Shown here piece after piece: positions 38,368 through 44,711 of a stretch of DNA of 44,711 bases. Both the position numbers and the translations under genes were made by a program. Below the pieces are notes generated by a model. The model saw only the letters and a list, made by a program, of their open reading frames with translations, made no database searches and had not been told where the DNA came from. The stretch's first letter is position 1, and every line of letters starts with the position of its first letter. The DNA comes from a virus: IMG/VR virus record IMGVR_UViG_3300044453_000072, one strand, 5' to 3'.

Positions 38368-39636
38368 ATGTCCAATACCACACTGACTGCGGACATCATC
38401 GCCAAAGAAGCGGTGATGATCCTCGATAACGAACTCGTCATGGCCAAGAAGGTGTTTCGCGGCTACGAGGAGGATTTCTCCAAGAAGGTCAACGGATACA
38501 CGGTTGGTTCAACCATCTCGATCCGCAAGCCGACCGACTTCACCGTCCGCGACGGCGCTGTGATGAACACGCAGGACGTTACCGAGGGCAAGACCACGAT
38601 CACCGTGGACAAGCGCAAGGGCGTCGATTTCAAGTTCACTTCGCAGGAACTGACCCTCGACATCAAGAGCCTGTCCGAGCGCGTCATCAAGCCCGCCATG
38701 GTGCAGCTCGCCAACCAGGTCGATACCGATCTGATGGCTCTGTACAAGGACGTTCCGTCCTGGCTGGGCAGCCCGGCAACGCCGATCAATTCCTACGCCG
38801 ACTTCGCCAAGGCTCCGGAGCGCATGGACGAGTACGCCAATCCGATGGACGATCGGTGCGCGGTCCTGTCGCCCGCCGACCATTGGGGCCTGCTCGGCTC
38901 GCAGACTGCCCTCTACATGCAGGATGTGGCCAAGGGCGCTTACCGCAAGGGTTCGCTCGGCATGATCGGCGGCGTTGACACCTACATGTCCCAGAACGTG
39001 CCGACCCATACGGTAGGTGCGGCCGATGATTCCACTGCGGTGGTCGATGCGGCGACCGGCACGGGAGACGGCACTACCGCCGCCAATTCGGGCCTGAGCG
39101 CATCGTATGATGACGTGAAGGACTTGGGCTACATGTACCTGTCCACGGATGGATGGGATGCATCGACGCTGAAGGCCGGCGATATCATCACTCTGGGCAG
39201 CATCTACGCCGTCAACCCCGTCACCAAGGCCACGCTGTCTTTCGAGAAGCAGTTCACCGTTCTTGAGGACACGACCACGGCAGCGGGCGATACGGCGATC
39301 AAGATCGCGCCTCCGATCATCACGTCAGGGCCGTTCCAGAACGTCAGCGCAACGCCTGTCGATGGCACGACCACTGTTACCGTGATGGGCACTGCCAGCA
39401 CCGGCTATCGCCAGAACATGGTGTTCCACAAGAACGCCTTCGCTCTGGTATCCGTCCCGCTGGTGTCGCCTCCGGGCGCGGTCGATGTTGGCCGTCAGTC
39501 CTACAAGGGCACCAGCGTTCGCGTGATCCCCGTCTATGACGGCATCAACGATCACTCGGCGTGGCGTCTGGACATTCTCTACGGCACCAAGACCGTGGAC
39601 AACCGTCTGGCTCATCGCCTGAGCGGCACGACCTGA
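38368..39636 (+). CDS. Major capsid (coat) protein, P22 gp5-like family (422 aa; alternative ATG at 38356)
   Basis: GGAG lies 6 nt upstream of ATG 38368. The N-terminal LTADIIAKEAVMILDNELVMAKKVFRGYEEDF...GSTISIRKP matches the coat family pattern (recalled). A stem-loop follows the stop. Confidence 0.85.
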   Translation: MSNTTLTADIIAKEAVMILDNELVMAKKVFRGYEEDFSKKVNGYTVGSTISIRKPTDFTVRDGAVMNTQDVTEGKTTITVDKRKGVDFKFTSQELTLDIKSLSERVIKPAMVQLANQVDTDLMALYKDVPSWLGSPATPINSYADFAKAPERMDEYANPMDDRCAVLSPADHWGLLGSQTALYMQDVAKGAYRKGSLGMIGGVDTYMSQNVPTHTVGAADDSTAVVDAATGTGDGTTAANSGLSASYDDVKDLGYMYLSTDGWDASTLKAGDIITLGSIYAVNPVTKATLSFEKQFTVLEDTTTAAGDTAIKIAPPIITSGPFQNVSATPVDGTTTVTVMGTASTGYRQNMVFHKNAFALVSVPLVSPPGAVDVGRQSYKGTSVRVIPVYDGINDHSAWRLDILYGTKTVDNRLAHRLSGTT

Positions 39637-39640
39637 TAGC

Positions 39641-39658
39641 GAGGGGCCGAAGCCCCTC
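39641..39658 (+). terminator. Stem-loop after the coat gene (attenuator or mRNA-stabilising hairpin)
   Basis: GAGGGGC-CGAA-GCCCCTC is a 7-bp GC stem followed by CATTCCTTCC. Confidence 0.5.
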
Positions 39659-39693
39659 CATTCCTTCCCCCAACATCATGAAAGGACAGTCTC

Positions 39694-39954
39694 ATGGCTG
39701 TTAAGGAACTCTCCGACGGCGGGACGGACGGCGTTCGTCTTGGCCAGGATACCAGCGACAAGGTGGGCTTCTTCGGCGAAACGCCGGTTGTCCGCTACGC
39801 AACCAGCATCGCTGCACCGACCTCCACCGCTGCCGTGTCGATCTCGGCAACGCAGTGGGGCTTCACTTCGTCTGCGGCAGCGGATTCGCTGATCACGACC
39901 GTCTTCAAGCTCCAGACGGCGATGCAGGCTTACGGACTGGTCAGCTCGTCCTAA
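39694..39954 (+). CDS. Small Ser/Thr/Ala-rich head-associated protein (86 aa), decoration-protein candidate
   Basis: It lies immediately after the coat gene. ..GGTDGVRLGQDTSDKVGFFGETPV.. is followed by SIAAPTSTAAVSISATQWGFTSSAAADS...GLVSSS. Confidence 0.55.
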   Translation: MAVKELSDGGTDGVRLGQDTSDKVGFFGETPVVRYATSIAAPTSTAAVSISATQWGFTSSAAADSLITTVFKLQTAMQAYGLVSSS

Positions 39955-39960
39955 GCCACC

Positions 39961-40641
39961 GTGAGCAAGGTATTCTTCGCGATCCCGACGCTTTCGGGGG
40001 AAATTGAAGCGCCGACAACGGCGTCCCTGCAAGCGACAGAACGCGAACTGCTCGCAAATGGCGACGGGGCGGAATTTCTAGTCTGGAAGGGTGACTCAAT
40101 CATCCCGCAGGCGAGAAACTACCTCGTCGCCAAATTCCTCGCATCCGACTGCACCGACCTGTTTTTCATCGACGCTGACGTGTCGTGGGAGCCGGGCGCG
40201 GTGCTTCGGATGCTCTCCCATCCCGTAGACTTCGTGGCGGGCGTCTATCGCCACAAGAAGATGGATGAATCCTATCCCGTCAATTGGCTCGACAAGCCGG
40301 AACTGTGGGCCGATCCCGATACGGGGCTTCTCGAGGTCCGGGCTGTCCCGATGGGCTTCACGCGGCTCACACGGGCGGCTGTGGAGCGCATGACGGAAGC
40401 CAGCGACAGGCCGTTCCTGCACCACAGCGACCCGTCGATCCTCTGCCACTGCCTGTTCGATCTGGAATACCGGAACGGGCTGTATATCGGCGAGGACTAC
40501 GTGTTTTGCGAACGCTGGCGGGAATTGGGCGGTCAGGTCTGGATTGATCCCGAACTGACGCTTGGTCACACCGGCAAGCACACCTTCACGGGCAATATCG
40601 GCAAGTGGCTGAAAGGCAGGGCGAATGAAGCTCACGATTGA
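39961..40641 (+). CDS. GT-A-fold glycosyltransferase (226 aa), GTG start
   Basis: The N-terminal KVFFAIPT strand, ..ARNYLVAKFL.. and the DxD-type FFIDADVSW, then VAGVYRHK and IGEDYVFCERW, are typical of family-2-like phage glycosyltransferases. Confidence 0.7.
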   Translation: MSKVFFAIPTLSGEIEAPTTASLQATERELLANGDGAEFLVWKGDSIIPQARNYLVAKFLASDCTDLFFIDADVSWEPGAVLRMLSHPVDFVAGVYRHKKMDESYPVNWLDKPELWADPDTGLLEVRAVPMGFTRLTRAAVERMTEASDRPFLHHSDPSILCHCLFDLEYRNGLYIGEDYVFCERWRELGGQVWIDPELTLGHTGKHTFTGNIGKWLKGRANEAHD

Positions 40642-41485
40642 AATCGCCACGCGCGGCAGGCCGGAACTGCTGCTGGATACCGTTCGGACCTTTCGAGACA
40701 ACATCACCGAGCCTGACACGACTATCCTGATCTGCGCCGACAGGGACGACCACGAAACGGTTGAAGCCCTGTATCGCGAGGATATCGAAGACGACCCGCA
40801 TATCAAAGTGTCGGTCAAGCCCCGCGAAGAAACCCGTGGCCTGAAATACCAGCGCGCACTGACCGAAGCGCCGGCAGATGTCTATCTGGTTGGTGTAGAC
40901 CATACCCCAATCCGCACCAAGGGCTTTGACCGGCTCATTCTGGAGCGCGCAGCACAGTTTCCCGATGGGATTGGCGTTGTCTGCACACCAATGGCGAACG
41001 CTTCCTTCCCTTTCCTTCAGGCACCCACGACCCGTCTTGTCGAACTCATGGGCTACGTCCAGCCCCCGCACTTCCCCTTCTGGTTCATAGACCACTGGCT
41101 TGACGACATAGCCCGCATGATCGGGCGCTACGCAATGGTCGATGTCAAGGTTAATTCCAACAAGCACCCCGGCAAGACGATAGGTCTGAGGGATGTTGCT
41201 TTCTGGGCCTCGTATTTCGATCTGCTGGCCGGGGAACGCCGCAGACAGGCCAACCTCATCATCGACAAGATGGACGAACCCGAATGGCGCAAGGCCATGC
41301 TGAGGGGCAACTTCCCGATGGTCGAATACCGCTCGCGCTGGGTGAACGACATCGTTCGCCAGAATGCCGAGGCTCTGGAAGAAGGCCGCTCCGACAAGTC
41401 GGTAGACGAGAACTACGCCCGCGTTCTGGAGCGCGCCCGTCGCGGCGTTGAAGAAATGCTCGATACCCGGCCGGAAGCGGCCTGA
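40625..41485 (+). CDS. Second glycosyltransferase-like protein (286 aa)
   Basis: MKLTIEIATRGRPELLLDTV... followed by the acidic ILICADRDD looks like a GT-A start. The rest was not recognised. Confidence 0.45.
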   Translation: MKLTIEIATRGRPELLLDTVRTFRDNITEPDTTILICADRDDHETVEALYREDIEDDPHIKVSVKPREETRGLKYQRALTEAPADVYLVGVDHTPIRTKGFDRLILERAAQFPDGIGVVCTPMANASFPFLQAPTTRLVELMGYVQPPHFPFWFIDHWLDDIARMIGRYAMVDVKVNSNKHPGKTIGLRDVAFWASYFDLLAGERRRQANLIIDKMDEPEWRKAMLRGNFPMVEYRSRWVNDIVRQNAEALEEGRSDKSVDENYARVLERARRGVEEMLDTRPEAA

Positions 41486-41495
41486 GAGGTAGTCC

Positions 41496-42158
41496 ATGGC
41501 TACACTGGATTTCACCACCTACAGTGGGCTTCAGTCCGCTGCGCTGAACTTTATCGAGCGCCCGGCGGAAACCAATGAGGTCAAGGGCTGGATTGATCTT
41601 GCCGAAGCGCGGCTGAACCGCAAGATTGCGGCAGTAGAGGTCGATACGACACTTACCGGCACGTCCTCAAGCCGCAATATCTCCGTTTCGTCCCTGTCCA
41701 TTTCCCGACCTGTCGCGCTGAAATTCGTCAATGACGATGGCGACGAGTCCGATCTGGTTATGCGGTCCCTCGCTAGCCTGTCGTTTCTGGACGACAATGG
41801 TGAACCGTCCGAATGGGCCTATGACAGCGACGACAACCAGCTTGTCCTCAATCGCCCACTGGATGCCGCAGATACGTTCCGCTTTATCTATCGTGAGAAG
41901 TTCGCGCTTTCGGATTCGGCAACCACAAACTGGCTGCTGACCAACCATCCTGACCTGTACCTCGCTGCAACGCTGATCTGGGGCGCGGCCTATCGCGAGG
42001 AAATCCAGAACGCGGTGGCATGGAAGGCGATTCTTGACGAGGGAATAGAGGAAGTCCGCAGGGAGATAACCAGCGGCAAGGCGGGCCAGCTTGCCCATGA
42101 TCCTGCATTGCTCGGCAAATGGCCCTTCCGTGGCGTGAACCTGGAAGGCGAAATCTAG
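41496..42158 (+). CDS. Head-tail adaptor / virion structural protein candidate (220 aa)
   Basis: The call rests on position. The N-terminal ...LQSAALNFIERP....GWIDLAEARLNRKI pattern occurs in phage neck/adaptor proteins (recalled). Confidence 0.4.
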   Translation: MATLDFTTYSGLQSAALNFIERPAETNEVKGWIDLAEARLNRKIAAVEVDTTLTGTSSSRNISVSSLSISRPVALKFVNDDGDESDLVMRSLASLSFLDDNGEPSEWAYDSDDNQLVLNRPLDAADTFRFIYREKFALSDSATTNWLLTNHPDLYLAATLIWGAAYREEIQNAVAWKAILDEGIEEVRREITSGKAGQLAHDPALLGKWPFRGVNLEGEI

Positions 42159-43598
42159 GTGATCCCCTTCGGCATCTTCGCACCCGGTCTGGCCCCAACC
42201 ACTCCGGGCCGCTCCGCTGTGATCGATGGGGTTATTCCAAGGGCTGACGGCTCATATGGGCCTATGCCGCAACTGGTGACGCTATCCACTTCGGATGCTT
42301 TGGCAAGCGCGCCCAAGGGGCATATTTCGTTTCCCAAGGCTGACGGCACCTACGCCCGTTATATCGCCACGGCCTCGAACTGGTACACGATGGGCGCAGA
42401 CGGGTCGCTCACGTCGATTGCCTCGGGCCACAGCGTACCATCGGGCGACAATGAGAGCTTCATGCGCTTCGGTACGAAGCTCCTGGGCAGCAATATCACA
42501 GATGGTGTTCGCGCCTATGACGTGGAGTCTGGAGGGTCAACAGCTTCGGTCTCCGGTGCCCCAACGGCGCGATTTATCTTCGAATTCGCCGGAACCGTCA
42601 TGGCGCTGGATTGCGACGGCGATAACCGGCTGATCCGCAATTCGGACCTGAACGACCATACGTCGTGGACGCCCGGCGTGGGTGTAGCTGACAGCCAGCC
42701 TGTAGAGGATGGCGGAGCGCTGGTCGCGGGTGCTGCCGTCTCGAATGCACAGGCGCTTATCTTCCAGCGTGAGGCGGTGAGCCTCGCCTCGGTACAGTCT
42801 GCCGGCTCCTATTACCGGCTCGATCTGCTGGAAAAGAGCACCGGCTCTGTCGGGGCCAAATCGGTGGTTCCAGTGAGGGGCGGGGCCTGCTTTCTCGACA
42901 CGGACGGGTTCAAATTCGCCTCGGCGGGGGGCGTGGAAACCATAGGGCAGGATGAAGGCATATCGGACTGGTTTCTGGACCAGGTCGATGCTTCCGAGCT
43001 TGTCAATGTTGAAGGGGCTTATGACCGTTTCAGGCGCATCGTCTGGTGGCGTTACCGGGCCTCTGGTGACGGGGAAAACGTCTACAGCCGCATGATCGGC
43101 TTTCACGTCTATCTGAAGAAATGGGTGACGCTAACGGTCAACACCTCGGCACTCTTTACCACGGCGCTGCCCGGCTACACATACGACACCATTCCAGACC
43201 TCCCTTACGACACCTCGGCTGACGTTCCCTATGACGACAGGTCGCTTGCCGGTGGTGAGCCGCTGTTTGGCGGTGTGGACGAGGACTACAAGTTCTTCAC
43301 CTTCTCCGGCACGCCAATGGCGGCAACGCTCGAGACGGCCAAGTCCGATATTGGCAGGACCATTCTGATCAATCGGGTGTCGCTTGTTGGTGACGGTTCC
43401 GACGCGACACTCCAGCTTGGCGTGGCGGATCGCTTGGCCGATGCCACGACATGGAAATCCGCCGTTTCGATGACGGCCAGCGGTTCGTTTCCGGTGAGAG
43501 GCCGGGGCCGGGCCATCCAGTACCGTTTGAACCGCGCTGCTGGCGATAACTGGACCACCACGTCCGGCATTGCCAACATCAACGAGTTCACCCGATGA
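42159..43598 (+). CDS. Large virion structural protein (tail/nozzle candidate, 479 aa), GTG start
   Basis: It lies in the tail module and has a beta-rich composition. Confidence 0.5.
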   Translation: MIPFGIFAPGLAPTTPGRSAVIDGVIPRADGSYGPMPQLVTLSTSDALASAPKGHISFPKADGTYARYIATASNWYTMGADGSLTSIASGHSVPSGDNESFMRFGTKLLGSNITDGVRAYDVESGGSTASVSGAPTARFIFEFAGTVMALDCDGDNRLIRNSDLNDHTSWTPGVGVADSQPVEDGGALVAGAAVSNAQALIFQREAVSLASVQSAGSYYRLDLLEKSTGSVGAKSVVPVRGGACFLDTDGFKFASAGGVETIGQDEGISDWFLDQVDASELVNVEGAYDRFRRIVWWRYRASGDGENVYSRMIGFHVYLKKWVTLTVNTSALFTTALPGYTYDTIPDLPYDTSADVPYDDRSLAGGEPLFGGVDEDYKFFTFSGTPMAATLETAKSDIGRTILINRVSLVGDGSDATLQLGVADRLADATTWKSAVSMTASGSFPVRGRGRAIQYRLNRAAGDNWTTTSGIANINEFTR

Positions 43599-43948
43599 GC
43601 GTGTTCGGCATCAATGCCGGTGTTCCCGGCACGACAAGAGCAGTGCTGGCCAACGGCAATGCGACAACGGTTCTGGACGCGACGAACAAGTCCGGCCTAC
43701 GTGTTGTCGGGATACTCCTGACCAATCATTCGGGCGGGGCCGTGACGCCCATCGTGGACGTTTATGACGGGTCAACGGCCTTCATAGTCAGAGATAATGC
43801 AAGCCTGTCGGACACGGCTTCGACCAGCGTGACGCTGCCCGGGTTCATTCACCTTCACAGGGACGATGTCTTGCGCGTGACGGCTGCGGCCAATGTCACC
43901 GTGATCGTCTCCTACGTCGATATTACCGCCAGTGGAGCACAACGCTAA
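43595..43948 (+). CDS. Small beta-rich tail-module protein (117 aa)
   Basis: It overlaps the upstream stop by 4 nt, and its stop overlaps the fibre start as TAATG. Confidence 0.5.
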   Translation: MSVFGINAGVPGTTRAVLANGNATTVLDATNKSGLRVVGILLTNHSGGAVTPIVDVYDGSTAFIVRDNASLSDTASTSVTLPGFIHLHRDDVLRVTAAANVTVIVSYVDITASGAQR

Positions 43949-44711
43949 TGGCTTTCAAAGACTGGAGCCTCGTCGCCGCCGACAACGACGATGCGGACGG
44001 CGATATTGCGCTCATCGGCAATTCGACCAGCATCCGCAATGCCGACAACTCGCAGCGCGCCATCATGCAGAAGGTGGCGATCTGGCGCGACGATACCAAT
44101 GGTTCGCGGTCCACCACTGGTTCATCGAACGCCTATCTGTATGCCTCGGCGGGAGCAGGAGCGACGCCGGCTGACGGCTTCGCCGTCTATGCCACTGGCG
44201 ACACGCTGACGGTTCAGGCCAATCATACCAATACGGGAGCCGCCACGCTCGATGTCGATAGTGTTGGGGCAAAGGCAATACGGAAATATTCTGCCGGTTC
44301 GGAAGCGGCGCTTGTCAGCGGCGATATCGTCTCTGCGGCGCCGTTCACCGTCATCTACGATGAAGACGCCAATTCGGCAGCGGGCGCATGGATACTCCAA
44401 AACCCGACATTCCCCGGCCTCTATGAATCGGGCACCTTCACCCCAACACTGACCTTCGGCGGTGGAAACACGGGCATGACCGGGACGTTTTCCGGCTGGT
44501 ACACGAAGATAGGCAATGTCGTCACGTTCAATATCCGAATTACCCTCACCGCCAAGGGAAGCTCTACCGGCAATGCGTCGATCAACAACCTGCCCTTCAC
44601 GTCGGCTGACGGTACTAATCAGTACCAGCCTGTGTCTATGTGGATAAACGCTATGAGCGCCGGCCTGCAATACGCTCCGATTGGGCTGATTCTATCAAAC
44701 ACAACCGCCGT
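43948..44711 (+). CDS. Tail fibre / receptor-binding protein, N-terminal part (runs off the window end and continues at 1..230; 288 aa in total)
   Basis: From ATG 43948 there is no stop before 44711. The ORF is absent from the ORF track because it is open at the window end. Confidence 0.7.
   Translation, partial: MAFKDWSLVAADNDDADGDIALIGNSTSIRNADNSQRAIMQKVAIWRDDTNGSRSTTGSSNAYLYASAGAGATPADGFAVYATGDTLTVQANHTNTGAATLDVDSVGAKAIRKYSAGSEAALVSGDIVSAAPFTVIYDEDANSAAGAWILQNPTFPGLYESGTFTPTLTFGGGNTGMTGTFSGWYTKIGNVVTFNIRITLTAKGSSTGNASINNLPFTSADGTNQYQPVSMWINAMSAGLQYAPIGLILSNTTA
44585..44711. repeat. Terminal direct repeat copy 2 (identical to 1-127)
   Basis: Base-for-base identity. The repeat lies inside an open reading frame. 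Confidence 0.95.

Larger units (their letters stand above)
1..44711. mobile_element. Complete temperate phage genome (podovirus-like, P22-type head/packaging module) assembled as a circle; unique length 44,584 bp
   Basis: Carries an integrase, a CI/Cro-type switch, ERF/SSB/RusA, a TerS-TerL-portal-scaffold-coat block, and fibre, ejection and lysis genes. No tail tube, sheath or tape-measure set is present. The window ends overlap by 127 bp. Confidence 0.85.

Noticed and set aside
1-44711. Diversity-generating retroelement, retron, toxin-antitoxin pair or known multi-gene defence system
   Set aside because: I recognised no reverse transcriptase, no template/variable repeat pair, no recognisable toxin folds and no ATPase/nuclease defence cassettes. 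The fibre genes show no nearby near-duplicate segment.

Overview
The window is a complete, circularly closed phage genome. Positions 1-127 and 44585-44711 are identical, so the unique length is 44,584 bp. It is a GC-rich temperate, podovirus-like phage or prophage. Several families I recognise from memory (GapR/DUF2312, DUF1194, a COG5526-type lysozyme) point to an alphaproteobacterial host. Layout: (i) Late operon on the + strand, about 32.2 kb through the circular junction to about 11.3 kb. It holds a possible late regulator, TerS, TerL, portal, scaffold, a P22-type coat protein, a small Ser/Thr-rich protein, two glycosyltransferase-like genes, adaptor/tail proteins, two fibre-like genes (one spans the junction), an SGNH esterase, Gly/Ala-rich ejection proteins including a SleB-like cell-wall hydrolase, a lysis cassette and an HTH-metallophosphoesterase. 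(ii) Accessory island, about 11.3-13.2 kb. It has mixed orientation and appears more AT-rich by eye. It holds an HNH-like homing endonuclease, small membrane and basic proteins, and about 600 bp of highly structured non-coding DNA with a sigma70-like promoter and a tRNA-like T-arm/acceptor end. (iii) Leftward early operon on the - strand, 24.09 kb down to 12.96 kb. It holds many small translationally coupled genes, a tandem nonapeptide-repeat protein, ERF, a mini-SSB, an Arr-like ADP-ribosyltransferase-fold protein, an HNH nuclease, an Ea22-like protein, the tyrosine integrase and eight downstream small genes. (iv) Immunity switch, 24.1-25.3 kb. It has CI-like and Cro-like HTH genes and 17-bp palindromic operators at two loci. 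(v) Rightward early operon, 25.3-32.8 kb. It holds a Lar-like anti-restriction protein, a GapR-like protein, a secreted DUF1194 vWA protein, a wHTH protein, RusA and a DnaA-domain-IV protein. I found no rRNA, canonical tRNA or CRISPR array. The observations I rank highest are the glycosyltransferase pair inside the head module (candidate virion glycosylation), the promoter-driven tRNA-like structured RNA/attP locus, the 27-bp in-frame tandem repeat gene, the Arr-like protein, and an SSB C-terminal-tip mimic. All functional calls rest on motif reading and recalled family signatures, not on database searches.
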